Part shown: positions 9,410 through 20,100 of the stretch, piece after piece
Position numbering within the stretch: the stretch's first letter is position 1
Layout: each line of letters opens with the position of its first letter
Origin: Candidatus Hydrogenedentota bacterium
Lineage (GTDB): Bacteria > Hydrogenedentota > Hydrogenedentia > Hydrogenedentales > SLHB01
Length of the DNA: 49,365 nt
Assembly (NCBI GenBank): GCA_029974275.1
Contig: JARKSN010000019.1
Coordinates: 1-49,365 of the forward strand
Reading direction: 5' to 3'
The notes under the pieces: generated by a model
Told to the model about the DNA's origin: nothing
The model's database searches: none
What the model saw: only the letters and a program-made list of their open reading frames with translations
Program-made: the position numbers and the translations under genes

Positions 9410-11518
9410 CTATTTCTTGACGAAGGTCCCGGAGGCGATGTAATTCTCCGATCGACGCCAGTCCGGGCGCCACCATAATTGCACAACGTCTTTTTTCGGC
9501 ACATCGATATCGTCGAGGCAGATATTGAACCGGCATGCCTCCCAGTCCTTGCCCTGCATTGCGTTGAGGTGCGCCACGGGCACCGCGATTTCCGCACAGT
9601 ACCCCGTGGGCGTTTTCCTGCAGACGGCCTTTGTGCCTTCGGGCCATCGGGCCGGCTCAAACGCGTGCGCGTCATTGGGCGCATCCGAAGGACTCACCGC
9701 GATGAACAGGGGGCTCGGGTCGGAATGAGGATCGTCCTTGTGCCATTCTGTCTTCGGGCGCGCATCGATGCGCACTTCAATGCCATCCTGCTCCCAAGTG
9801 GGAACGTTCGGCGCCGCGATCACGACGTCGTCAAACGCCTCGACCGCGATGTACAAAAGATGATTGTCCCGCGCGAGCGCAAACCGATACGAGGAGTCAT
9901 CGGGTCCGTCCCACGGAGGATTGGGCGAGTCGGCAATCAACTGGGCCGGGTGACGCACCGTAAACGGCAGATCCTTCCAGTCGGCCATGTCCCCGTCAAC
10001 CACGACTGCGTTCGCAATCTTCGGGATCGTAAAGGCGCTGTCTATGCCGCAAGGCTGCGAGAGGGAAAAGGAAACCGGTTTCCCGGCGGGGTCGGCGTAG
10101 GTGAAATTCCAGACGAGCGTCATCAGGCTTGCCTGTTCCACGGGGAGCGCGGGAGCAACCAACGCCGCTATGCCGACGGTTTGTTTCGATGCGGACGCGA
10201 TCTCGCCGGTGGCCGCACCCAATACGGCGGCAGGCGTTTCTTGGGGCCGGAGTTCCACGCGGTAACGCAGAGGAACCGACGCTTCGTTCTCGAGAGGTAT
10301 CGCCAGGGCGAGATTCTCCAGTTGCGGAGCGTCCACCTGCGCGTGCGTGTACAAAAGAGCCGTTCTCCGGAAGAGGAACGTCAACTGTTCCGCTTTCTCT
10401 TCGGTGGCGCCGGCGCCGCTCAGAATGGCATCCGTGATTCGCAAGCCATCCGTAAGACGATCGTGGCCGGCAGGCGGCGCGGGCCACGGTTTGTGGGGCT
10501 CGGCCTGATACCAGAACGACACCGAGGAGAAATCGTCTGTCCGTTCGCCGTAGTCCTGCACCATCCGCCCCGCGAAATCCAGCACGGGACCTACGTGCTC
10601 GATCTCGGCGCGCAGCGATTTCTGAAACACGATGGGATCCGTCACATGCCAGCGGTATACGGTAGAACGGGAGCCGGGGTTCTCGCCATCGTACAGCGGA
10701 GCGCCGTAATATGGGCCGCTCTGTCTGCGAAAGCCCCACGCGTCACAGAAATAGTCTTCCGTGCCCGTTCCGCGAAGGCCCGGCTCTTTCTCGCCGTCGA
10801 CGTAGAAGAAGTCGTCGCCTTCGCCAAACCATGAGGCCGTGCGGTGGCGGACACTGAGGACCGTGCCCACATAATGGCCGCGGCCCTCGATGTCCGCGAA
10901 CAGGTAACGCTTTCCCATGGCCGTGGGAAATTCCTGGCGATACATGGCATGGAAGTAAGCGGTGTTCTTGGGGAGTTTGGGCAAGGTTCGCCAATCCACA
11001 TACGAGTAGAAGGACTTGACGGGCATGGCGCCTTCGTTCGTGACGGTGATCTTCGCCGACTTGGCGAATGGCATAGGCCAGTAGCAGTTTCGGGCCCTGC
11101 CCTCGGATACCACGCGCACCGGTATGGAATCGACCGGGGCGTCAATGCCATGGCCCATCGCAAAGAAATCGCCCAGCGGGCACTCGACCGACGGCGTTGT
11201 CTCGCCGTCCCAATACATGCGCAGCATCAGCAGGCGGGAATAGCCTTTCTCGTTCGTTGCCACGGTATTCCAGATATGCCCGATGATGCCGGGACCTTTG
11301 AGATCGGCCAGCACGAGCGTGGCTCCTGGGGCAATGGGACGCGCGTCGCCGTTGCTCGTTTCCCATACTTCGGCGCTGGTCGACGCGCGCATGCCGCGAC
11401 CGGGCTTGAGCTGCGTCAGGCTATCCAACCCGGCAAGCAGCCCCAGATCCGCTGCCGCCGCCGCGACGGAGAAAAACACACTACACACAATCACGCTTTT
11501 TCCAAACAGGCGCCTCAT
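9410..11518 (-). CDS. Secreted DUF2961/GH172 glycoside hydrolase with C-terminal CBM9-like domain
   Basis: GPGIIGHIW, LRMYWDGE, PLGDFF, WFGEGDD, GTGTEDYF; C-terminal VDGDMADW..LYIAVEAFDD..DGIEVRID. Confidence 0.85.
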   Translation of the reverse strand: MRRLFGKSVIVCSVFFSVAAAAADLGLLAGLDSLTQLKPGRGMRASTSAEVWETSNGDARPIAPGATLVLADLKGPGIIGHIWNTVATNEKGYSRLLMLRMYWDGETTPSVECPLGDFFAMGHGIDAPVDSIPVRVVSEGRARNCYWPMPFAKSAKITVTNEGAMPVKSFYSYVDWRTLPKLPKNTAYFHAMYRQEFPTAMGKRYLFADIEGRGHYVGTVLSVRHRTASWFGEGDDFFYVDGEKEPGLRGTGTEDYFCDAWGFRRQSGPYYGAPLYDGENPGSRSTVYRWHVTDPIVFQKSLRAEIEHVGPVLDFAGRMVQDYGERTDDFSSVSFWYQAEPHKPWPAPPAGHDRLTDGLRITDAILSGAGATEEKAEQLTFLFRRTALLYTHAQVDAPQLENLALAIPLENEASVPLRYRVELRPQETPAAVLGAATGEIASASKQTVGIAALVAPALPVEQASLMTLVWNFTYADPAGKPVSFSLSQPCGIDSAFTIPKIANAVVVDGDMADWKDLPFTVRHPAQLIADSPNPPWDGPDDSSYRFALARDNHLLYIAVEAFDDVVIAAPNVPTWEQDGIEVRIDARPKTEWHKDDPHSDPSPLFIAVSPSDAPNDAHAFEPARWPEGTKAVCRKTPTGYCAEIAVPVAHLNAMQGKDWEACRFNICLDDIDVPKKDVVQLWWRPDWRRSENYIASGTFVKK

Positions 11519-11620
11519 GATCTTCCTCCTTCAGGCATGGTCACAAAACAACAACAAGCATTCCTATAGCCCCTTGGCGATGAAAGCTTGTTCAAGCGAA
11601 ATGAAAATCGGGAAAATGTC

Positions 11621-11729
11621 AACGCAGAGAACGCAAAGTTCGCGGAGAAGGGTATCTGCGCTCGTTCTTATCGGTCGCCGTCTGCGTGTATCTGTGGCTC
11701 TGTTTTCTGCTCCGTGTCTCCGTGGCGAA
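11621..11729. repeat. Cluster of short 8-9-nt-period intergenic repeats in both orientations
   Basis: AACGCAGAG-AACGCAAAG-TTCGCGGAG (11621-11647); TCTGCGTGT-ATCTGTGGC (11681-11698); CTCCGTGT-CTCCGTGG (11710-11725). Confidence 0.55.
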
Positions 11730-11769
11730 GTATGGTTTCGGCCAAACTCTGTATATCGTTCGTAGCCCT

Positions 11770-14157
11770 TCACTCTCCGTTCACGCCCGGTACGGCTTCG
11801 CCTTCCACGCGAATCGCGCGCAAGTTGGCAGTGCCGAGGCCGCGAACTTTGAAGGTGACGTAGTCATCGCCCGCATCCTGGCCCATTCCGGCCAAAGGAT
11901 AATACGTGATCGTGCGGGCATCGGAGAAACGGTAATCCTGCCATGGGCCGTCGTCGAGACGGAATTGCCCGCGGACAACCGATCCTCCTGCTTTCACTGC
12001 CGTGTCGCCATTGCAGTCCTTCCATACATGAACGCGGATGCGTTGTGGAATATGGCCGCCGTTGGCCTTTGCCGCTGACATTTGGTCGGTGTCGCGTTGC
12101 ACGCGCACGACCCATTCCTTGCCCTGCCCCATGTCTTTCCACTCGATACCGAAACGGAACTTGGTGAAGTCGAAACCGCCGGAGTCGATGCCGACATAAA
12201 AATACGCGGGCTGCGCGGCGCCGGTCTCGGGGTCGGTGATCGCCTCGGGATTCTCCGGCAGGTCCCACTCGGCATAAACATGGTAGTCGCGGCCATCGGG
12301 AAGCAAAAGCGGCTTCTTGCCGTCAACGGTCGCATAGCCCAACGCCGAACCGCGATAACTGCCCACGGCGAATCCGCCATGGTCGTTTGCTTCGAGCATG
12401 CCGTACTGTGGCTGATTCACCGTGCTCACCCAACGCAATAGGCCCGTTTCGCCGGGTTTGCCCGTGAAGACAGCCACGCCCGGCTTGGGCGTTGCGTGTG
12501 CACGAGCGGTCAGGCCCTTCTGGGTGATCGACGCATACACCGGGGCCACGCCGGGCTGATCCGATGCGACGCGCACGAGACTCCAGCGAGAGTATGAGGT
12601 TGGATTGGGCTGTAGGCGCGCCACTAACGCATCGGATGCTGGCTCGATTGCAAGCCACGGACGCGCGAATGCTTGCGTGCCTTGCCATGCGCCGGACGAT
12701 GTCTGCACGGGCAGGCGCTTTGTGCCCCCTTTTGCCGACGCGATCACGTTCTTCGCGGTGAGCGTGGATTCAAACACCGCGCCCACGCGCTTGCTATTGT
12801 CCATCGCTATTTGCGCGGGATTGTCCGCGCCAGCGAGATCGCCCGTCCATTTCACGAAGCGCGCCCCTGGTTTCGGAACCGCTTTCATCGTCACAACGCC
12901 TCCTTCGACAAATGCGCTCCAATCGGGCGTTGGAACGACCTCGCCGCGCTTACTCTTCTCGAGGGTCAGTGCGTGACGCGGCGCATCGTTTGCCGGCGCG
13001 AACAGCGCCGTCACCTTGCGCGATCCCAGCATGTGGATCGTGGCGGGCGCCGATATCTCGCGCGTGTCGCCCGCCCATCCCAGGAAGGCGTAGTGTTTGT
13101 CCGGGACCGGCGTAAGTTTCACCGCTGTTCCCGCAGGGTATGCGCCGCCGGGCGGGTCGAGGGTCACGGAGCCATGCGCCGCGCCGGAAACGTCGAGCGT
13201 GAAAGACTTGGCCGGATCCGTCGGCAACGGGGCCGCGTCCGACAAGTCCGCGATCCGGCTTGCCGCGGCCATCGCGAGGAGCTCTCCGTCGGCAGGGGGC
13301 AGAGGTCCCTTCGCGGCCTGCAAACTCTCGCGCACGAATTTCACAATTTCGGGACGCGCGTCGAATCCTTGATACCGTTCGTTCCAGGGGTCATGGCCGA
13401 CTCCGGCAACCGCCACAAGACGGCACGGCGCACCCGCCTTTAGATATAGATCGCGTGACGCTTTCCCCCGATCGAAGGGGATGATGGGATCGTTGGCGCC
13501 GTGCACGAACAGGATCGGCGGATCGTGCGCGTCCAGAACCTCGGGCTGGGGAAACACTCCGGACAAGGCCACAGCCGCCTGCACCGCGGAGGACTGCTCC
13601 GGGTGATTGGCCGGAGCCAAAACCGGACCGTCGCTCAACGACTCGTCCGCGTCGCTCACCGCGATCTGCAGCGCTATGATCGCGCCCGCCGAATGGCCGA
13701 TCGCTGCGATGCGCCCTGGGTCGATGCCGAATTCCTTGGCATGGGCGCGCACCCAGCGCACGGCGCTCCTTGCATCTGCGTAAGCAGCCAAGCGGTCGCC
13801 GGGAGGATTGTCGCCCAAGAGACGGTAGCTGATGGAAAACGCCGCGAATCCGCGTTCGGCGAAATATCGAGCGACGCCTTCCAAGTCCCGCGGCTTGCCG
13901 CCGGCGAACGCGCCGCCATGAATGACCATTATGGCCGGTTTGTCGCGGCGCTTGTCGCCTCGCGGCACATATGCGTCCAGCGTGAGCGCCTTCGTGCCCG
14001 GCACGCCTTCAGCTGACGTCACGGAGCCCGTTCCGTAGAGGATGCCGATTCGCTGTTCGACCGGGTATAGGCGATCGGCATGGGCAAACGCAGACAGGCC
14101 GACGCCCCAGAACGCCGCCAACGCCCCGAGCAGCCATTGTTTCTTTGCGAATTTCAT
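11770..14157 (-). CDS. Secreted alpha/beta hydrolase (esterase) with two InlB B-repeat-like domains and an unknown C-terminal domain
   Basis: HGGAF, GHSAG, HGANDPII, GVGH; repeats YAFLGWAGD / ARFVKWTGD; GGAGG RBS before ATG 14157. Confidence 0.85.
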   Translation of the reverse strand: MKFAKKQWLLGALAAFWGVGLSAFAHADRLYPVEQRIGILYGTGSVTSAEGVPGTKALTLDAYVPRGDKRRDKPAIMVIHGGAFAGGKPRDLEGVARYFAERGFAAFSISYRLLGDNPPGDRLAAYADARSAVRWVRAHAKEFGIDPGRIAAIGHSAGAIIALQIAVSDADESLSDGPVLAPANHPEQSSAVQAAVALSGVFPQPEVLDAHDPPILFVHGANDPIIPFDRGKASRDLYLKAGAPCRLVAVAGVGHDPWNERYQGFDARPEIVKFVRESLQAAKGPLPPADGELLAMAAASRIADLSDAAPLPTDPAKSFTLDVSGAAHGSVTLDPPGGAYPAGTAVKLTPVPDKHYAFLGWAGDTREISAPATIHMLGSRKVTALFAPANDAPRHALTLEKSKRGEVVPTPDWSAFVEGGVVTMKAVPKPGARFVKWTGDLAGADNPAQIAMDNSKRVGAVFESTLTAKNVIASAKGGTKRLPVQTSSGAWQGTQAFARPWLAIEPASDALVARLQPNPTSYSRWSLVRVASDQPGVAPVYASITQKGLTARAHATPKPGVAVFTGKPGETGLLRWVSTVNQPQYGMLEANDHGGFAVGSYRGSALGYATVDGKKPLLLPDGRDYHVYAEWDLPENPEAITDPETGAAQPAYFYVGIDSGGFDFTKFRFGIEWKDMGQGKEWVVRVQRDTDQMSAAKANGGHIPQRIRVHVWKDCNGDTAVKAGGSVVRGQFRLDDGPWQDYRFSDARTITYYPLAGMGQDAGDDYVTFKVRGLGTANLRAIRVEGEAVPGVNGE

Positions 14158-14264
14158 AGCGCCTCCTTCCTGGAGGACAAGCGCCTCCAACGCCGAGCAA
14201 CAGTGCGTGACGCAAGCGGAACGGCCGCATACGCCGACGCGATGGTTTCCATTTTGCCGGCATC

Positions 14265-15623
14265 CTATCCGAAATATTCCTTCAACTTGTTGCGGAGGGT
14301 CCGGACGCTGATGCCGAGCAAGTCGGCGGCGTGGGTGCGGTTGTCGCCGCAATGGGCGAGGGTCTTGAGAATGAGTTCGCGCTCCATGGCGCCGACGGTC
14401 GTGCCGATCGATACGCATACGCTATTGGCCGGAGCCGACGCTGCGGGCGTCGCGACGCCGCCCAGATGGAACAGTTCCGGTCCCAGTTCTGGTTCGGAGG
14501 AAAGCACCACGGCGCGCTCGATGGCGTTTTGCAACTCGCGCACATTGCCGGGCCAGTCGTATTCCAGAAAAAGCTTGCGCACCTCGGACGAAAACCCCGT
14601 GATGGCGCGCGCGTTTTCGACCGAAAAGCGCTTGAGGAAATGGTCCATCAGCGGCGGAATGTCGTCGCGCCGATCGCGCAACGGCGGGATGTGGATGGGG
14701 ATGACGTTCAAACGGAAGAACAAGTCCTCGCGGAATTTTCCCTCCTCGATGGCCTTTTCGAGGTTGCGGTTCGAGGTGCTGATGATGCGCGTGTCGACCT
14801 GGATCGGCTTCGTGCCGCCGACCCGCTCGAATTCGCGCTCTTGCAACGCGCGCAACAGTTTCGGCTGAAGCTCGATGCCGATTTCGCTGACCTCGTCCAG
14901 CAGCAGCGTGCCGTGATCGGCCAGTTCGAAGCGACCCACCTTGCGGTCGAGCGCACCCGTAAACGCCCCTTTCTCGTGGCCGAAGAGTTCGCTCTCCAGC
15001 AGTCCCGCCGACAACGCCGCGCAGTTCACCTTGATGAAGGGACGGTCGGCGCGCGGACTCGAGTGGTGAATGGCGCGCGCGACGAGTTCCTTGCCGGCGC
15101 CGCTGTCGCCGCGAATCAAGATGGTGGCGCGGCTTGAGGCGACTTTCTTGATCTGCTCGTAAACGGCCCGCATGGCCTGGCTTTCGCCGACCATCTGCCC
15201 GAATCCGCAGGCGTGGTCGAGCGCGCCGCGCAAGTAGCGGTTTTCCTGCGTCAGACGCTCGCGCTCGATCGCGCGCGTCACGGCGAGTTCCAACTCGTCG
15301 GGGGCGAAGGGCTTCATGATGTAATCGTCGGCGCCGTCCTTGAGCGCGGCCACGGCGGTCTCGATGGTGCCATAGGCGGTCATGATGATGCAGTGCGTGG
15401 CGGGACTGGAGGCGCGCACCCAATGCAGCACGTCGAGACCATCCATGGGCGTCATGCGAAGATCGGTGACGACCACGTCGAAGCTGAGCTTTTGCAGAAG
15501 CTCGATGCCTTCGCGCCCGCTGCTGGCGGCGTGGACTTCGTGGCCGGCGCGCGTCAACACCTCCTCGACGTATTCGCGCATGATCGATTCGTCGTCAATG
15601 ACCAGGATGCGAGATGGCGTCAT
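14265..15623 (-). CDS. Sigma54-dependent response regulator (FleR/FlrC/FlgR-like, NtrC family)
   Basis: REC domain (VIDDE, TDLRM, KPF), [24 protein letters not shown], Fis-type HTH. Confidence 0.93.
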   Translation of the reverse strand: MTPSRILVIDDESIMREYVEEVLTRAGHEVHAASSGREGIELLQKLSFDVVVTDLRMTPMDGLDVLHWVRASSPATHCIIMTAYGTIETAVAALKDGADDYIMKPFAPDELELAVTRAIERERLTQENRYLRGALDHACGFGQMVGESQAMRAVYEQIKKVASSRATILIRGDSGAGKELVARAIHHSSPRADRPFIKVNCAALSAGLLESELFGHEKGAFTGALDRKVGRFELADHGTLLLDEVSEIGIELQPKLLRALQEREFERVGGTKPIQVDTRIISTSNRNLEKAIEEGKFREDLFFRLNVIPIHIPPLRDRRDDIPPLMDHFLKRFSVENARAITGFSSEVRKLFLEYDWPGNVRELQNAIERAVVLSSEPELGPELFHLGGVATPAASAPANSVCVSIGTTVGAMERELILKTLAHCGDNRTHAADLLGISVRTLRNKLKEYFG

Positions 15624-15633
15624 GCTGTCCGTT

Positions 15634-16740
15634 CTATTCCGCGCGCGGGAGGCGGACGACGAAGGTCGATCCGCGCCCCACGGCGCTTGTGGCCTCGAGG
15701 GAGCCGCCGTGGCCTTCCACGATCTTCGCGGCAATGGCGAGCCCCAGGCCGGTTCCTTGTTCCTTGGTCGTGAAAAACGGCGAAAACACCTTGTCGATCT
15801 GCTCCTCCGTCATGCCGCACCCGTCGTCGCGAAACGCGATGACGACGCTCTCCGGGTCGATCGAAGACGTCACCGTGACGACGCCCCTTCCCTCGATGCT
15901 TTGCACGGCGTTGAGCAGAATGTTGAGGCAGACCTGACGCAGCCTATCGGGATCGGCGATGACGGCGATGCCGGGATCGACGCGGTTCTCGATGGCGATG
16001 GCCGCCTTGTCGCGAGGCAGGTAGCCCAGGGCGGATTCGACCAGATCGGCGCACGCGACGCGGCGCGGGCGCAGTTGCAGCGGGCGCGTGTATTCGAGCA
16101 GTTCGGTCACCACCTGTTCGAGCTCGCGCGCCCCCTCCAGGATGCGATCGACAAGGCGTCCGCGCGGATCGCCCTGCGACAAGTCGCGCGCAAGCAGTTC
16201 GGCGAACCCCCGGATGCCTCCCAAAGGATTGCGGATTTCGTGCGCGACGGTCGCCGCCAATTCGCCCACCGCGGCGAGCCGGTCCTTTTGGCGAACCAAC
16301 GCGCGCAGTTCCTCCACCTCGGTCAAGTCGCGGAACACCTTCACCGCGCCGATGCGCGTGTGGGCGCGATCGGTCATGGGGGAATCCTTCTCGCTCACGG
16401 GAATGGCCCGCCCGTCCTTGGCGCGCAGTTCCATGATCTTGCGGCCCGCCGGCGCCGCGAAGGGGCGGCCAAACACGCGCTGAAACGGCGCGCCGATGAC
16501 TTCGTCGGCGGCATAGCCCAGCGTGACCCCGCCGGCCCGGTTGAAAGCCGTCACGATGCCTTCCGTATCGACCGCGATCACGCCGTCGGACATGCTTTCC
16601 AGGATGGAGTTCAGGTACTGATTCTTGTACGCAAGTTCGCGATCGAGCGCCCGGTACGATTCCTCCAGGGTGCGCGTCGTCCGCGTGAATTGATCGAAGG
16701 CCTCGGCGAGGGCCTTCAGGTCTTCCGGCGTCGTGCTCAT
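15634..16740 (-). CDS. Cytoplasmic PAS sensor histidine kinase (FleS/FlrB-like)
   Basis: AHEIRNPLGG H-box; N, G1, F, G2 boxes; N-terminal LAEAFDQF..LEESYRAL coiled coil typical of FleS/FlrB; no TM segment. Confidence 0.9.
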   Translation of the reverse strand: MSTTPEDLKALAEAFDQFTRTTRTLEESYRALDRELAYKNQYLNSILESMSDGVIAVDTEGIVTAFNRAGGVTLGYAADEVIGAPFQRVFGRPFAAPAGRKIMELRAKDGRAIPVSEKDSPMTDRAHTRIGAVKVFRDLTEVEELRALVRQKDRLAAVGELAATVAHEIRNPLGGIRGFAELLARDLSQGDPRGRLVDRILEGARELEQVVTELLEYTRPLQLRPRRVACADLVESALGYLPRDKAAIAIENRVDPGIAVIADPDRLRQVCLNILLNAVQSIEGRGVVTVTSSIDPESVVIAFRDDGCGMTEEQIDKVFSPFFTTKEQGTGLGLAIAAKIVEGHGGSLEATSAVGRGSTFVVRLPRAE

Positions 16741-17177
16741 GCTTTTCTGTCGATGCGGATCGCGGCATCGTCCGGTCCGGCGTGATAACGCCTCAACAGG
16801 TCCTGTCCCTGGCGGATGCCGTTCCATGCGCGCTGCATCGTTTCCATTTTTTCGCCGACCGCCGCGATGGCGGCCTCGTGGGCCTCGATGAGTTTCGTCG
16901 CCAACCCTTCCGCGCGCTGGGCGAGTTCGCGCATGATGTGACGCTCGCTTGGGCTCAGACGGGCGTCCGCCTGCCACTCGCGCTGCAGGATAGCGAATTC
17001 CTCCTCGAGGATGTGCGTTCCATTGATGCGAATGCGTTGCCGCTCTTCAATCTCGCTCGGCTCCATCCGGACGATGTCCGCATCGAGCGCCTCCAATTCC
17101 GAAAGCAATTGTTCATACCAGGCGATCTGGCGCGCCAAATGGTCGCGCATTCGTTCGACGAGCAGCGGGTTGGGCAT
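16737..17177 (-). CDS. Helical protein, FlgN-like flagellar export chaperone candidate
   Basis: 146-aa coiled coil ending ..RRYH..IRIDRKA; coupled to the kinase by ATGA; flagellar-type context. Confidence 0.55.
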   Translation of the reverse strand: MPNPLLVERMRDHLARQIAWYEQLLSELEALDADIVRMEPSEIEERQRIRINGTHILEEEFAILQREWQADARLSPSERHIMRELAQRAEGLATKLIEAHEAAIAAVGEKMETMQRAWNGIRQGQDLLRRYHAGPDDAAIRIDRKA

Positions 17178-17181
17178 GGCG

Positions 17182-20100
17182 TCACCCTGTCCCTTCGGGG
17201 GAGCGCGTCTCCTCCGGTCCGGCGCTGGACGCCGGCGGGGGAAAAGCGTTTGCGCCGGGCGCGTCGTCAAGCGCGGCGGGCTCGGGCTCGAGCGCGATCT
17301 CCGCATGCCGGCCTAGGCGGCGCTGCAGGTCGATGTGCGCCATCCGTATTTTGGCGTCGGGCGCCCAGGGACTGTCGGACTGCGCGACGCGCTGGTACGC
17401 GGCGAAGCCGGCGTCGACGTTGCCTGTGCGCAATAACGCGTTTGCCCTCTGGAACTGGGCCCATTCCCGGTTTTCGAGGGTTGCGCCGCGCGGAAAATCC
17501 GCTTGCCCATATAGGTCGGCGGCGGCGCGAAAATCGCCCTTGTTGAAGTAATGATCCGCCAGCCGCAGGGCCGCCCTCTGGAATCGCGCCGCGTCGACCG
17601 GATCCTGCTTGGCCCGCTGTTCCAGCTCGCTAACCGCCACCCGCGCTTTGCCCGTCTGGTCCGTCACGAGCAACGCATCGAGGTACGCGGCATCGTCTTC
17701 CGGCGCGACAAAGCCGGGATGGTCTTGCCGGGCCTGCTCCATCAGCGGTATGGCCCGAGCTGGATCGGCCCGCAGCAGGATTTTCGCGTAGGCCGTGTTG
17801 AACGCATACGCCGTCTGGGGCGTCAGCGCGCCGGGGTCGATCTGGCGCGCCGCAACCAAGGCTTCGTCTACCCGGCCGCTCGCAAACGCGGCGATGGCGG
17901 CTCGGGCCGCGGTCTCCGGCTCAGCCGTGATGGCGGCGGCCTTTTTGTAGTGTTCGGCGGCCTTGGCATTCAGCCCGATCCCCTGATACATTTCCGCCAC
18001 CGCCAGCATCGCCGCCAACCGCAGCGCGCTGTCTTCTGCTTCCGCCAGCAGGTTTTCCAGGCGGCGTATGGCCTGGACTTCCCGGCCTTCCTGATATTCG
18101 AGGCCAGCCAACTCGATGCGGGCCTGGCCCGCTTCGCGCGTCTCCGGAAATTTCGACGTCAGCGTTTCCAGGACCTGCCGCGCCCTGGCGTAATCCAGGG
18201 CGTTTTTGTAATCCTTGGCGGCTTCCACGAGAAGGGCCGGCTCTCGTTGTCCCCCAGCCAAGTATGCGGCGGCATGCATGGCGCCGGCGCCGGCGAACTG
18301 ATCCAGCAGGCGCAGGAAACGGGCATGGTTCACAAGCGTTTGCGCATGGTCCGGAAACCGTTCCGCGGCCTGCGCCGCCAGTTGCGCGGCGTCGGCGCGT
18401 CGGCCCAACTGGTCCACGACTTGGCTCAACTCGACATATGCTTCCGGAATGACCGCGCTCTCGGGGAAGAATCCGATGAGTTCCCGCAGCACGCGTTCGG
18501 CTTCGGCAAGACGGCCCGCCGCGCGATAACTCCGGCCCAACAGAAGGTAGACGGCATCATTGCCTTGGATGGTGGTGGCCGTTTGAAGGCGTCTTTCGAG
18601 TTGGCGGATCGCTTCCTCGTAGTCGCCTTTATCGAAGGCCATTTTCCCCAGTTGCCAATACGCTTGGGCGCCCAGCCGGGAATTGGCGTTCCGCTGAGCC
18701 TCTTCCTCCAGCATCTGCTGCGCGGCCTGCGCCTGGTTGGCGCCCGCATAGGCGTCGGCCAGGGTCAATTTCGCTTCGCCGATCAGCGGCGATGCGGGAA
18801 AGGCTTCGATCAGCCTCCGGGCGAAGTCCGCCGCCTCGTCGCGCCGGCGCAATTCGTTGGCGTTGCGCGCCGCGCCGAGCAAAATCTGGTCCATGTTGCG
18901 GGCGTCTTTGTATGCGGCCAGCAATTGATGATAGAGACGGCGCGCTTCGTACGGAGCCCCGGCGCGTTCGTGCAGATCGGCGAGCCAGCACAATACTTCT
19001 GGCGCGCGCGGATGGGTGGGCTCCATGGCGGTCACGTCCAGCATGGCCGATCGCAGCCCAACCGTTTCCTCGCCAACCGGACCGGGACGCAGCATCCGGT
19101 ATGCCGCCTCGATACGCTGATACCGGGCGTCCATGCGCTCGGGGCTTTCGGGAGCCTTGGCGATGGCCGGATCAAGCAGCCCTATGGCGCGATCGAAGTT
19201 TCCGGCCTCCATCAACTTTCCCGCTTCCGCCATGACCTCTCCCAGCGATCGCAGGTCCTCGGCCTTTAACGAGGGAAGATGGGGCTGCCGGTAGGGGTGC
19301 AGATACAGGTATGCGAACACGACGGCCGCCACGATGATCCCCGCGGCAAGCGACGTCGTTATCTTGAGCAGGTTCGCGGGAGCCCGGAATCGCGGAAGGC
19401 GCGGTCGCCGCAGCGTGCCGATGGCGCGTTCCGGAGCAGGCGCCGCCAACACGTCCTCGGGAGGCGTCGGGGCGCTTGTCGACGCGTTGGGCGTGACCCT
19501 GGTTTCCTCCGGGGCGCGGTTCCGCTTCTGGGGCGGCGAAGCGAACGGCGCCGCGAGGTCTGCAACAGGGGGCGCGGGGCTTTCGGCCTCGGCAGACGGG
19601 GCATCATTCGCCGCTAGAATCGAGTCCAAGATGTCTTGAGAGACGAGTTCTGGCTCCGTGTCCGCCGGGGCGACGGAAGCGGCCAGATTTTCGGTGCTGA
19701 CGGCCTCGGTTTCGAGGGGCGGCGGAACGGCATCGGGCAACGCGATGGTGATGTCCGTGGGCACGGAGACCACTTCTCCCGAATGGGCGGCCACCACCGA
19801 AGTCGCGTCGTCCTCATCGAGCATCGCAATCAATGCGTCGATGTCCGACTGATCGACGGCTTCGGGAGCCTCGGAGACATCGTGCGGCTGGCCCGTTTCC
19901 AGCAAGGCGTCGGCGTCCGGCGGCGGTGTGCCGATGACCTCATCGAGATCGCTGACGACAAGAGGCCGGTCGGCATCTTCGTCATTCAATAGGGCGTCGA
20001 TTTCGGATCCGACGATTCCCTGCGTTCCGTCGCGCATCGAGTCCGCCGGATCGTCTGGCGGCGCAGAGGATTCCTCGCCCGTCTCGGAGGGTGGGATCGC

